Of a DNA stretch of 64,000 nt, positions 8,550 through 17,659 are shown in pieces. How positions within the stretch are numbered: position 1 is the first letter of the stretch; each line of letters starts with the position of its first letter. The notes beneath the pieces were generated by a model. That model ran no database searches, was not told the DNA's origin, and was given only the letters and a program-made list of their open reading frames with translations. Position numbers and translations under genes: made by a program. Origin of the DNA: Ilumatobacteraceae bacterium (lineage in GTDB: Bacteria; Actinomycetota; Acidimicrobiia; Acidimicrobiales; Ilumatobacteraceae); NCBI GenBank assembly GCA_044237775.1, contig JBIIEO010000003.1, positions 34,100-98,099 of the forward strand, written 5' to 3'.

Positions 8550-9467
8550 CTACTCGAGTTCGGCGGGAAACCCAGGGGCGCGCAAATCGGTGGAAAGCGC
8601 ATCTTCGAGCAACTTCACCACCTGCGATGACCACGCCGAGCCGCCATATGCCTCACGCGCCCGGACGAACGTCTGGTACGTCATGCCGGCGAGGTCGAGC
8701 GGCACGCCGAAGTCGCGGCCAAAGCCCATGGCAAACCCGAGGTCCTTCAACGCCAAGTCCATCGTGAAGTTGATGTTGTACGAGCCGTTGAGGATGACCT
8801 GGCTCTCGGTCTCATGCACAAAGCTGTTGCCCGAGGAGTGCTTGATTGCCTCAAAGGCAGTGGCGAGATCGAGGCCGCCGCGCTTTGCCAGCATCAACGC
8901 CTCACCCGCAGCGACCAAATGAATGAACGCCAACATGTTGGTGATCACCTTGATCACCGCGGCACTCCCAAGCGGGCCGATATAGAGCACGGGGCTACCC
9001 ATTGCCTGCAGCGCTGCCTCGTGCGCACGGAACACAGCGTCGTCGCCGCCGACGAGCACCGTGATGTCGCCGTGTGCCGCCTTGTGCACGCCGCCGGTCA
9101 CGGGGGCCTCCAGCATCTGTACGCCGCGTGCAGCCGCCAAGGCACTGAGACGCAGCGTTTCGCTTTGATCGTTGGTGCTCATGTCGACCCAGGTGCCGGG
9201 TGTCGAACGACCGGCAAGTGAATCAATCACACCACCCGACTGCGCAACGACCGCGTCGATTACCTGCGGCGAGGGCAAACAGGTGAATACCGTGTCGGAT
9301 GCTGCGCACACGTCGGCCACCGATGTCGCTCCACGCGCGCCCTTGTCGACAAGCGCGGCCACCGCCTTGGCATCAAGGTCGTAGACGGTGACCTCGTAGC
9401 CGTTGCGCACGAGGCTTCCCGCCAAGAACTTGCCGATGTGACCAAGTCCGATGAATCCGTAACGCAT
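8550..9467 (-). CDS. NAD(P)-dependent beta-hydroxyacid dehydrogenase (3-hydroxyisobutyrate / tartronate-semialdehyde reductase family)
   Basis: MRYGFIGLGHIGKFLAGSLVRNGYEVTVYD Rossmann N-terminus and the HIBADH-family body. ATG at 9467 has a GGGGGA Shine-Dalgarno. The track start at 9479 is a TTG four codons upstream. Confidence 0.85.
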   Translation of the reverse strand: MRYGFIGLGHIGKFLAGSLVRNGYEVTVYDLDAKAVAALVDKGARGATSVADVCAASDTVFTCLPSPQVIDAVVAQSGGVIDSLAGRSTPGTWVDMSTNDQSETLRLSALAAARGVQMLEAPVTGGVHKAAHGDITVLVGGDDAVFRAHEAALQAMGSPVLYIGPLGSAAVIKVITNMLAFIHLVAAGEALMLAKRGGLDLATAFEAIKHSSGNSFVHETESQVILNGSYNINFTMDLALKDLGFAMGFGRDFGVPLDLAGMTYQTFVRAREAYGGSAWSSQVVKLLEDALSTDLRAPGFPAELE

Positions 9468-9504
9468 GTTGTCCCCCAATGAACGCCGAACGTGTCGTGT
9501 GTAG

Positions 9505-11001
9505 TTAGAGCTGAATCCAGGTGGTCTTCAGGTTGGTGTAACCCTCGATCGAATGCAACGAACGATCGCGACCCGTGCCCGACTGCTTGAAGCCGCCGAA
9601 TGGTGTCGTGATGCTGCTGCGATCGAAGGTATTGACCCACACCGTGCCGGCACGCAGTTGACGAGCAATTTTGTGCGCCTTGCTTACGTCTCGCGTCCAC
9701 AGCGCGGCCGCTAAGCCATACTGCGAGTCGTTGGCAATGCGCACTGCTTCCTCTTCCGATGTGATGCGCACCGAGGCGAGCACCGGCCCGAAGATCTCTT
9801 CCTTTTCAATGCGCATGCCCGGCTTTACGTTCTGAAAGATTGTGGGCGGAATGAACACGCCCCCCTTGACCGGTTCGACGGGCTTGCCGCCGGTGTGAAT
9901 CGTTGCACCTTCCTGCTGACCGATGGCGATGTATTCATTCACGCGATCAAACTGGGCGCGGTCGACAATCGTGCCCATTGCCGTCGATGGGTCATAGGTA
10001 TCGCCCGGCATGATCGATTGCGAAACCGTACGCACTTTGTCGAGAAGTTCGTCTTCGACGCGCTGATCGACGAGGATGCGGGTACCGGCGTGGCAGGTTT
10101 GACCAGCGTTGTAGAACACACCCCAGGCAATTGCCGACGCCGCGGCGTCGACATCCGGGCAATCGGAGAGCACGACGTGCGGCGTCTTGCCACCCAGCTC
10201 CAACGACACCGCTTTACCGTTGCTTTCTGCCGAGTAGCGAAGGAAGTACTTGCCCACTTCGGTCGAGCCGGTAAATGCCAACTTCTGCACGTCCATGTGC
10301 TTACCAAGCGCACCGCCAGCCGTTGGACCGAAACCGGGGATGATGTTTAATACGCCATCGGGAACGCCCGCCTGCGTGGCCAGTTCGGCAAACAGCAGCG
10401 CAGACAACGGCGATTGCTCTGCCGGCTTCAACACCACCGAGTTGCCCGCTGCCATAGCGGCGCCGACTTTCCATGAGGTGATGATGAGCGGATAGTTCCA
10501 CGGCACCACCGCGCCCACCACACCCATTGGTTCGCGCTCGATCAGCGCCACCGAATCGCGCGGGATCGGTGCGATCTCGCCGTACATCTTGTCGATCGTC
10601 TCGGCGTACCACTGGATGTTGTTCGAACACGACGCGACGTCCACGTTCAGGGAGTCGCTGATTGGCTTGCCGCAGTTCATTGTCTCCAGCAGCGCAAGCT
10701 CCTCGGCGTTGTCACGAATGAGCTGTGCCCACTTCAGCATGATGTTCTTGCGATCCAGTGGTGCCATCTCGCGCCACGCACCTGCCTCGAAACTGCGCTT
10801 GGCCGCGGCAACGGCGCGATCAACGTCTTGAGCGTCGCCTTCGGCCACATGGGCGATCACGCTTCCATCGCGCGGATTAACCGACTCGAACGTCTTGCCA
10901 CTCGCTGCATTGACGAATTTGCCGTCGATATACAACTGCGTGCGCGCAACCTTGTGCGTCGCTCGCTTGGTCCACTCGTCCTTAGATGGCATCGCGGCCA
11001 T
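9505..11001 (-). CDS. NAD(P)+ aldehyde dehydrogenase
   Basis: ALDH motifs: VVPWNYPL, FTGSTEVGK, LELGGKTP, catalytic-Cys region YNAGQTCHAGTR, EEIFGPV. Start at ATG 11001 (MAAMPSKDEW) with a GGGAG Shine-Dalgarno. First gene of the six-gene operon. Confidence 0.9.
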   Translation of the reverse strand: MAAMPSKDEWTKRATHKVARTQLYIDGKFVNAASGKTFESVNPRDGSVIAHVAEGDAQDVDRAVAAAKRSFEAGAWREMAPLDRKNIMLKWAQLIRDNAEELALLETMNCGKPISDSLNVDVASCSNNIQWYAETIDKMYGEIAPIPRDSVALIEREPMGVVGAVVPWNYPLIITSWKVGAAMAAGNSVVLKPAEQSPLSALLFAELATQAGVPDGVLNIIPGFGPTAGGALGKHMDVQKLAFTGSTEVGKYFLRYSAESNGKAVSLELGGKTPHVVLSDCPDVDAAASAIAWGVFYNAGQTCHAGTRILVDQRVEDELLDKVRTVSQSIMPGDTYDPSTAMGTIVDRAQFDRVNEYIAIGQQEGATIHTGGKPVEPVKGGVFIPPTIFQNVKPGMRIEKEEIFGPVLASVRITSEEEAVRIANDSQYGLAAALWTRDVSKAHKIARQLRAGTVWVNTFDRSSITTPFGGFKQSGTGRDRSLHSIEGYTNLKTTWIQL

Positions 11002-11097
11002 GGTGACTCCCGTTCTCGTGTCGTTAGCCGATAGGGCGACGAAACGGTAGCAGCGTGACTCCTGCACACCCGTGCCAGAGCGTGGGGGCTTCCTAGT

Positions 11098-11916
11098 ATG
11101 TGGTGCGTGACAGGCGGCGATCGAGGGCGAGTATCCCGGCTGCTCGCCATTGCCTCAGTCGAGCGCACCGGCAGCACCCTGCTGTGCTCGATTCTTCGGG
11201 GCACCCAGGCGGCGGGAACGCCAATCGAATACCTCAATATTCAGACCGATAACTTCGCACGATTTCGCCAGCGCCATGGCGTACCGAGACTGAAGTGGTA
11301 CCTACGCCCCATCGGCCTGATGCGCACGCGCATGGGGCGTCGATTTCCCTGGCGCAACGTGCACTGGTTTACGACCGCTTCGTGGCGCCGCTACTTGGTA
11401 GCGATCGCCGACGAACGGGCGACAGCCAATGGCGTCTTTGGTATCAAGATGCACTGGAACCAATACGAACGTCACCTACTCCAGCAGGATCTCAACGTGG
11501 AGTTTTGGCAAGCCCCGGTGTCGTGGGTGCGCATCACCCGCGAGGACGAGATTCGCCAGGCCATTTCATTCGTTCGCGCCGACCAAACCGAGTCGTGGAA
11601 CAGTTCGATGGTGATCAAGCGCGAGCCCGTGTATGACGCAGCGGCAATCACCCGCGCGCTCGATCGCATCCAACACGAGAACGACCAGTGGTCGCAGTAT
11701 TTCACTGACCATGGCATCACGCCGCTGCACATCACCTACGAGCAACTCACCCGCGACACCGAGTCAACAATTCGTTCAATCATGGATTTCATCGGCGCAC
11801 CGGTCGACCGCGTGCCTGCGGCGACCACCCGCTCACAATCCGACGGCATCAACACCGAGTGGGCCGCACGATTCCTCGCCGATCATCCCCACCTCGCCCA
11901 CCGCGCTTCCCACTGA
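11098..11916 (+). CDS. stf0: Stf0-family sulfotransferase (trehalose 2-sulfotransferase-like)
   Basis: 272-aa ORF. ...ERTGSTLLCSIL..T..AG.P.EY (PAPS-loop-like), NGVFGIKMHW, VRADQTESW and a DxIN.EW C-terminus all resemble mycobacterial Stf0 as I remember it. Exact start uncertain. Confidence 0.7.
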   Translation: MWCVTGGDRGRVSRLLAIASVERTGSTLLCSILRGTQAAGTPIEYLNIQTDNFARFRQRHGVPRLKWYLRPIGLMRTRMGRRFPWRNVHWFTTASWRRYLVAIADERATANGVFGIKMHWNQYERHLLQQDLNVEFWQAPVSWVRITREDEIRQAISFVRADQTESWNSSMVIKREPVYDAAAITRALDRIQHENDQWSQYFTDHGITPLHITYEQLTRDTESTIRSIMDFIGAPVDRVPAATTRSQSDGINTEWAARFLADHPHLAHRASH

Positions 11917-11965
11917 ACCAGCGCCCCGTGGTGGGGTCCGCGTCGCTTCCTGCGACAATGGAGCC

Positions 11966-12877
11966 GTGACCGACACCATTGTCTCCGAAACGTTTGACCC
12001 ACGGGCTTGGCGTGAAGTGCCCGGCTTTTCTTTTCAGGACATCACCTACCACCGCAGCGTCGAACACGGCACCGTGCGCGTGGCGTTCAATCGCCCCGAG
12101 GTACGTAACGCCTTTCGCCCAGCCACGGTGGACGAGTTGTACACGGCACTCGAACATGCGCGCCAGAGCGTGGATGTGGGCTGCGTGCTGCTCACCGGCA
12201 ACGGCCCGTCGCCCAAGGATGGCGGATGGTCGTTCTGCAGTGGCGGTGACCAACGCATCCGCGGTAAGGACGGCTACAAGTACGCCGACGGTGACACTGC
12301 CGCGTCGATCGATCCTGGTCGTACCGGCCGACTACACATCCTCGAGGTACAGCGCCTGATTCGTTTCATGCCCAAGATCGTCATCTGCGTGGTACCCGGC
12401 TGGGCCGCGGGTGGTGGGCACAGCCTCCATGTCGTGTCCGATCTAACACTCGCGAGCAAGGAACACGCGCGCTTTAAGCAGACCGACGCCGACGTGGCGA
12501 GCTTCGATGGCGGTTTTGGCTCCGCGTATCTCGCTCGCCAGGTGGGCCAGAAGTTTGCGCGCGAGATCTTCTTCTTGGGTCGCGAATACTCGGCCGACGA
12601 TGCCGTGCGCATGGGCATGGCGAATGCCGCCGTGCCCCACGCGGAGCTCGAATCCACTGCGCTGCAGTGGGCGAAGGAAATCAACGCCAAGAGCCCAACG
12701 GCACAGCGCATGCTGAAGTACGCGTTCAACATGATCGACGACGGACTCGTTGGCCAACAGATTTTTGCTGGCGAAGCAACACGCCTTGCCTACGGCACCG
12801 ATGAGGCCACCGAAGGTCGCACATCATTCTTGGAGAAGCGTCCTGCCGATTGGAACGCATTTCCCTGGCTGTATTGA
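11966..12877 (+). CDS. menB: 1,4-dihydroxy-2-naphthoyl-CoA synthase
   Basis: Near-colinear by eye with actinobacterial MenB: AFNRPEVRNAFRP.TVDELY, LLTGNGPSPKDGGW.FCSGGDQRIRG, GRLHILEVQRLIRFMPK, GWAAGGGHSLHVV.DLTLAS, FKQTDADV.SFDGG.GSAYLARQVGQKFAREIFFLGR. In-frame GTG at 11966 chosen, because the track ORF start at 11633 lies inside stf0. Confidence 0.9.
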   Translation: MTDTIVSETFDPRAWREVPGFSFQDITYHRSVEHGTVRVAFNRPEVRNAFRPATVDELYTALEHARQSVDVGCVLLTGNGPSPKDGGWSFCSGGDQRIRGKDGYKYADGDTAASIDPGRTGRLHILEVQRLIRFMPKIVICVVPGWAAGGGHSLHVVSDLTLASKEHARFKQTDADVASFDGGFGSAYLARQVGQKFAREIFFLGREYSADDAVRMGMANAAVPHAELESTALQWAKEINAKSPTAQRMLKYAFNMIDDGLVGQQIFAGEATRLAYGTDEATEGRTSFLEKRPADWNAFPWLY

Positions 12878-12887
12878 TCAGCCGAGC

Positions 12888-13700
12888 ATGATCATCGAGG
12901 TCAGCGATTCGGGCGACACGCGCCTCGACGCATTCCGCTGGCGGGAACGCCAGCTCACCACGATTGCACAACGTCGATCGGCAGAAGATCCCGGCCGCTT
13001 CATCGCCGAGGGCGACCTCGTGGTCGAACGCGCACTGGCCGCGCACTACACCCCGGACGTGGTCTTGTGTGACCCGAAATGCGCTGAACGCTTCGACGAC
13101 GCCGTCACCGCAGCCGGGGGCACGGTCCTTGTGGCACGCGCTGATTTGCGACGCGAGGTCACCGGACTCGGCGTGCCGCTCGATGCCATCGGCGTGTTTC
13201 ATCGTCGGCCACTGCCCGACCCCACCACATTGATTTCAGAAGCGTTGCGAATCGTTGTCGTCGATTGCGTCGATAATCCCAGCAACGTGGGCTCAATCGC
13301 CCGCACCGCAGCAGCGCTCGGCTGGAACGCCATGCTCCTTGACCACACGTCTGCCGACCCGCTCGCACGGCGAGCCCTGCGCGTGAGCATGGGCACAACA
13401 TTCCTATTGCCTTTTACTCGCGTCGACGATGTACCCGCCCTGCTCCACAACATGCATCGCAGTGGATTCGCCGTCTTCGGCCTCACCCCCGCCCATCCGC
13501 ATCGCAGCGTTACATCACTCGCCGACGTCGCCAGTGACCAGACATCAAAGCGCGCGTTGGTGCTCGGTTCCGAACGCCAAGGACTTTCCGAAGCGACGCT
13601 GGAGGCGTGCACGCACCTTGTGCGCATTGACATGGCACCAGGCGTCGACTCACTCAACGTGGGTGGCGCAGCGGCCGTGGCGTGCTGGGCGCTCGCCTAG
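12888..13700 (+). CDS. TrmH/SpoU-family RNA 2'-O-methyltransferase
   Basis: C-terminal SpoU motifs (VD.V.NP.N.G.I.RTA.A.G, LVLG.E..GLS, IDM..GVDSLNV). Start at ATG 12888 (MIIEVSDSG), 8 nt after the menB stop (stop ends 12877, ATG at 12888 leaves a 10-nt gap). Confidence 0.8.
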   Translation: MIIEVSDSGDTRLDAFRWRERQLTTIAQRRSAEDPGRFIAEGDLVVERALAAHYTPDVVLCDPKCAERFDDAVTAAGGTVLVARADLRREVTGLGVPLDAIGVFHRRPLPDPTTLISEALRIVVVDCVDNPSNVGSIARTAAALGWNAMLLDHTSADPLARRALRVSMGTTFLLPFTRVDDVPALLHNMHRSGFAVFGLTPAHPHRSVTSLADVASDQTSKRALVLGSERQGLSEATLEACTHLVRIDMAPGVDSLNVGGAAAVACWALA

Positions 13701-14071
13701 GCGTTGACCATGTGCTGGGCAGCGTTGGTCATGTACTCCACCAAACGCGCCTTCACCGACGCGTCGTAGTTGCCATCGGCGCACACGCCGTCAATCGCCG
13801 CGAGCATGTGCGTGAGCCAGTGGTCGCGTTCACGTTCGCCGATCACGAACGGAAAGTGCCGCTGACGTAGGCGCGGATGGCCGCGTTCGTCGCTGTAGGT
13901 GGTCGGGCCTCCCCAGTACTGGATGAGAAACAAGGAGAGTCGCTCCCTGGCACCAGTGAGATCGCTGCCCTCGGGATACAACGGCATCAGCACGTCGTCG
14001 CCTGACACACCCACGTAGAACCGATCCACCAACTCGACGAAGAATGCTGAGCCACCCACCTCGTCGTACAT
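13697..14071 (-). CDS. glbO: Group II truncated hemoglobin (trHbO)
   Basis: 124-aa frame MYDEVGGSAFFVELVDRFY..V..D..L.PLYP...L..A...L..FL.QYWGGP..Y...RGHPRLR.RH.PF.I, typical trHbO. ATG at 14071 lies 2 nt after the echA-like stop. The track's 351-aa extension overlaps that gene and is an artefact. Confidence 0.85.
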   Translation of the reverse strand: MYDEVGGSAFFVELVDRFYVGVSGDDVLMPLYPEGSDLTGARERLSLFLIQYWGGPTTYSDERGHPRLRQRHFPFVIGERERDHWLTHMLAAIDGVCADGNYDASVKARLVEYMTNAAQHMVNA

Positions 14072-14073
14072 CG

Positions 14074-14940
14074 CTACGAGAACCTCGGCTCCTGCCAGTC
14101 CGGAAAAATGTCGGGCATATCTGTCGACACCTTCTCGGGAAAGTTGGCCGGTCGCTTCTCGAGGAAACTGGCGACGCCCTCGGCAACATCTTTTGAACGG
14201 CCACGCAACTGAATGCCTCGGGAGTCGACGCGATGTGCATCCATCGGATGATCGGCGCCCAGCATCCGCCACATCATGTGCCGGGCGAGCGCGACCGCGA
14301 CCGGTGCCGTGTTGTCGGCGATCTCGAGGGCCAGTGCACGTGCCGCTGTAAGCAGTTCGTCGGCCGGGTGCACGCTGCGCACGAGTCCGCACCGCAGCGC
14401 CTCGTCGGCGCCGAAGATGCGGCCCGTCAGCGTCCACTCTTGCGCCTGGGCAATACCCACGACTCGTGGAAGGAACCACGATGAGCACGCTTCGGGCACA
14501 ATGCCGCGGCGGGTAAAGACGAAGCCGAAGCGCGCCTGATCGCTCGCGAGGCGCATGTCCATCGGCAGGATCATCGTTGCGCCCACGCCTACCGCGGGAC
14601 CATTGATCGCGCCGATGACTGGCTTGTTCGATGCGAACATGCGCAGCGTCACCGTGCCACCGCCATCGCGACGAAACTCCGAATCGGACTTCGTTGACAA
14701 CTGCCCGTCGCTGAATGTGTCGGCTCCCGCTGAGAGATCCGCACCGGCACAAAAGGCGCGTCCCGCCCCCGTCACGATGACCGCCCGTACGCCATCGTCG
14801 GCGTCGATCAGGTCGAATGCCGCGATGAGTTCATTCATCATCGTGTTGGTGAACGCGTTCAGCTTGTCGGGCCGGTTGAGTGTGATCGTCGCAACGCGGT
14901 CGTCAACGTCGTACGCGATTGCCTTGAACTGCTGAGCCAT
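14074..14940 (-). CDS. Enoyl-CoA hydratase/isomerase (crotonase family)
   Basis: [30 protein letters not shown]...VIVTGAGRAFCAGADL. ATG at 14940 overlaps the ftsX stop by 1 nt (TGATG). Confidence 0.85.
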   Translation of the reverse strand: MAQQFKAIAYDVDDRVATITLNRPDKLNAFTNTMMNELIAAFDLIDADDGVRAVIVTGAGRAFCAGADLSAGADTFSDGQLSTKSDSEFRRDGGGTVTLRMFASNKPVIGAINGPAVGVGATMILPMDMRLASDQARFGFVFTRRGIVPEACSSWFLPRVVGIAQAQEWTLTGRIFGADEALRCGLVRSVHPADELLTAARALALEIADNTAPVAVALARHMMWRMLGADHPMDAHRVDSRGIQLRGRSKDVAEGVASFLEKRPANFPEKVSTDMPDIFPDWQEPRFS

Positions 14941-15845
14941 CAGACGTCCAAGAATCGCGACGCTGCGATTGCAGAACCCACCGCACCCACGATGGCGCCG
15001 ATAACAAGCATCATCACCATGACGCCACTGAGATACCCAGCGGGCACGATCAGCGACGAGATTCCCGTGCCGGGTTTGAACCCGGCGACGCCGTTTTCCC
15101 ATGCGGCGTTCAATACCCACAGGCCGCCGCACGCCGCCAGCGCACCCAGTAAGCCCTGCAGGAGTCCTTCCAACATGAACGGAATCCGGATGAACCAGTT
15201 CGTTGCACCCACGAGCTTCATCACCTCGATCTCGCGGCGCCGTGCAAACATCGCGGTGCGGATGGTGTTCCAGATCAATCCGACAGCGACAACGAGGAGC
15301 ACCACCGACATCACCAGCGTGACCGCTCGAACAAATTGCGACAGTGTGGAGATCACCTGAAACTCATCCTCCGCCAAGGCCACATCCTCTACGCCGGGCA
15401 AGGAGCGGAACTGTTCGCTGAGCGACCGCACCAGCGCGGGATCCTCGGTGAGCGGCACGACCTTGAACTGCGACGGAATGTTTTCAGGCGTCAGAAGACT
15501 CAATGTGACGGGGTCGCCGACGAAAATGCGCTGTGCCTCCTCATAGGTCTGGGCCTTGTCGAGGTATTGCAGCTTCTCCACATCGACAATCGTGCTTGCT
15601 GATCGAATCGATGTGTCGATGTAGGCGATCTGCTCGGGCGTGGCATCACTGCGGACGAACACAATCATCTCCACATCGCCGCGCCACTGCACGAGAAGGT
15701 TTTCGAACGCCCGCTGAATGAGGAATGTCGCACCCACCAGCAACAGCGCGATGGCCGACGTGAGCACCGCGGCCGCGGTCAGCGTCAGGTTGCGCCGGAA
15801 ACTCGCCCACATTTCGCGGAAGGCGTACACCACCCTGGCGATCAT
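14940..15845 (-). CDS. ftsX: Cell-division ABC transporter permease FtsX
   Basis: 301-aa ORF. N-terminal TM, periplasmic loop and three C-terminal TMs. 4-nt overlap with ftsE, in the standard ftsEX position after prfB. Confidence 0.9.
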   Translation of the reverse strand: MIARVVYAFREMWASFRRNLTLTAAAVLTSAIALLLVGATFLIQRAFENLLVQWRGDVEMIVFVRSDATPEQIAYIDTSIRSASTIVDVEKLQYLDKAQTYEEAQRIFVGDPVTLSLLTPENIPSQFKVVPLTEDPALVRSLSEQFRSLPGVEDVALAEDEFQVISTLSQFVRAVTLVMSVVLLVVAVGLIWNTIRTAMFARRREIEVMKLVGATNWFIRIPFMLEGLLQGLLGALAACGGLWVLNAAWENGVAGFKPGTGISSLIVPAGYLSGVMVMMLVIGAIVGAVGSAIAASRFLDV

Positions 15846-16519
15846 TCGTACACTCCTCGCTCCTGGTCGCGCACGACGACGCCGCGATCCAACTGGATCA
15901 CACGTCGACGCATGGCATTGACAACGCGATGGTCGTGCGTGGCCATAACAACAGTCGTGCCGGTGCGATTGATTTCGTCGAGCAGCGCCATGATGCCTTC
16001 GCCCGTGGCGGGATCGAGGTTGCCCGTTGGTTCGTCGGCCAGCAAGATGAGCGGGCGATTGACAAAGGCCCGGGCGATCGACACGCGCTGCTGCTCGCCG
16101 CCCGACAACTGGTGCGGGAAGCGATCTTCCTTGCCCGCCAGGCCCACGAGGTCGAGCACCAGTGGAACCTGGCTCGCAATCACATGGCGCGGCTTGCCAA
16201 TGACCTCTAAGGCGAAGGCCACGTTTTCAAAGACGGTCTTGTTGGTCAACAGCTTGTAGTCCTGGAAAACGTTGCCCATGCTGCGACGCAAGAACGGTAC
16301 GCGGGAGTCGGAAATGTCGTTGATGTTGCGACCGGCGACCCACACCTCACCGCGCTCAGGACGCTCCTGGCGATTGATCAGGCGCAGGATCGTGGACTTG
16401 CCCGACCCCGAGGGACCCACGAGAAAGACGAAGTCACCCTTGGCGACGTCGAACGACACATCGCGCACAGCAACGGTCTCCCCGCCATACCTCTTGGTGA
16501 CATTTTCCAGACGGATCAT
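15842..16519 (-). CDS. ftsE: Cell-division ATP-binding protein FtsE
   Basis: Walker [13 protein letters not shown] signature LSGGEQQR, Walker [12 protein letters not shown]. Confidence 0.95.
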   Translation of the reverse strand: MIRLENVTKRYGGETVAVRDVSFDVAKGDFVFLVGPSGSGKSTILRLINRQERPERGEVWVAGRNINDISDSRVPFLRRSMGNVFQDYKLLTNKTVFENVAFALEVIGKPRHVIASQVPLVLDLVGLAGKEDRFPHQLSGGEQQRVSIARAFVNRPLILLADEPTGNLDPATGEGIMALLDEINRTGTTVVMATHDHRVVNAMRRRVIQLDRGVVVRDQERGVYE

Positions 16520-16543
16520 CGATCCCCTCTCAGGGGCTTGAGT

Positions 16544-17653
16544 CTAATTTTCCGCCTCGGCGTTTGCTCGTCGCCACCGCAGGTAGCCCTCCATGAACAC
16601 TTCCAAGTCGCCATCGAGCACGCCGGCGACATTGCCGCTTTCCACATCAGTGCGCAGATCCTTGACCATCTGGTAGGGCTGCATCACGTAGGAACGAATC
16701 TGACTTCCCCATCCCACGGTGGCCTGCTTGCCCGCAATGCGACGCAGCTCTTCTTCGCGTTCTTCTTCGACACGCGCAGCCACCATCGTCTTCAAACGCT
16801 TCAATGCATTTTCGCGATTTTGCAATTGCGATCGTTCCTGCTGCGAAGAGGCAACGAGTCCCGTGGGTTCGTGAATCAGACGAACGGCTGACGACGTCTT
16901 GTTCACGTGCTGACCGCCCGCGCCCGACGCACGAAAGACTTCCATTCGAATGTCGGACTCGTTGATCTCAACGTCGGCTTCTTCCAACACCGGCCAAATC
17001 TGCACGTTAGCGAAACTCGTCTGTCTACGCCCTTGGTTGTCGAACGGGCTGATGCGCACCAAGCGATGCGTGCCGCGTTCCGAGGTGAGCAGCCCATAGG
17101 CGTAGCGACCGCGCACCGTGAAGTCAGCCGAGAGGATCCCTGCCTCAGTCCCCTCCGACACATCGCCGATTTCAATCGCAAACCCCTTGCGCTCCGCCCA
17201 TCGGGTGTACATGCGCAGCAGCATTTCGCTCCAGTCCTGCGCATCGACGCCACCGTCCTTTGCGTTGATCTGGACGATTGCTTCGGCCTCGTCGTGGGTG
17301 CCGGTGAACAGACTGCGCAACTCGAGTGCATCTAACTTGTTGCGACACTGTTCGATGCCGCGCTCCAAGTCGGGCTCTTGGGTCTCATCGTCGACCTCTC
17401 GCGCCATCTCGTGCAACACCTCGAGATCTTCGACAGCACCCGACAAAGCGGCGAACTCGTCGAGGTCGGCTTTCAGGTTCGCGTATTCAGTGTTGACCTT
17501 TTTGGCATTTTCTTGATCGTCCCACAGGTCGGGCTTGGCAACTTCGACTTCGAGTTCGGCGAGTCGCGTGCGACCAACGGCAACCTTCAGATAGACGGAT
17601 GCCTCGTCAACACGCCGCCGCACGTCGGCGAGATCATTCGAAAAGTCGCGCAT
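16544..17653 (-). CDS. prfB: Peptide chain release factor 2 (single uninterrupted frame)
   Basis: 369-aa ORF with the SPF tripeptide (RISPFDNQGRRQTSF) and GGQ (SGAGGQHVNKT). No in-frame TGA or +1 frameshift site near codon 25. Confidence 0.95.
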   Translation of the reverse strand: MRDFSNDLADVRRRVDEASVYLKVAVGRTRLAELEVEVAKPDLWDDQENAKKVNTEYANLKADLDEFAALSGAVEDLEVLHEMAREVDDETQEPDLERGIEQCRNKLDALELRSLFTGTHDEAEAIVQINAKDGGVDAQDWSEMLLRMYTRWAERKGFAIEIGDVSEGTEAGILSADFTVRGRYAYGLLTSERGTHRLVRISPFDNQGRRQTSFANVQIWPVLEEADVEINESDIRMEVFRASGAGGQHVNKTSSAVRLIHEPTGLVASSQQERSQLQNRENALKRLKTMVAARVEEEREEELRRIAGKQATVGWGSQIRSYVMQPYQMVKDLRTDVESGNVAGVLDGDLEVFMEGYLRWRRANAEAEN

Positions 17654-17659
17654 CGGGGG

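Noticed and set aside
11003-11062. Direct repeat GTGACTCC (11003..11010 and 11055..11062) in the divergent ALDH/stf0 promoter region, considered as an operator.
   Set aside because: An 8-mer repeated once in a high-GC spacer is within chance expectation. The first copy overlaps the ALDH Shine-Dalgarno/start region, and no regulator gene is nearby to give it meaning.
13697-14752. Track ORFs with long N-terminal extensions: 13697..14752, 27287..28423, 11633..12877, 46581..47792, 56574..57461, 36471..37970, 48056..48973.
   Set aside because: The extensions overlap well-supported neighbouring genes and look like Arg/Pro-rich noise. In each case an internal ATG/GTG/TTG lies right after the neighbour's stop, often as a 4-nt overlap or with a Shine-Dalgarno, and gives a protein of family-typical length. 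Coordinates were trimmed accordingly.
16544-17653. Programmed +1 frameshift site in prfB (CUU UGA C near codon 25).
   Set aside because: The RF2 frame is continuous from MRDFSNDL to the end, with SPF and GGQ motifs and no internal in-frame stop. The autoregulatory frameshift is simply absent.
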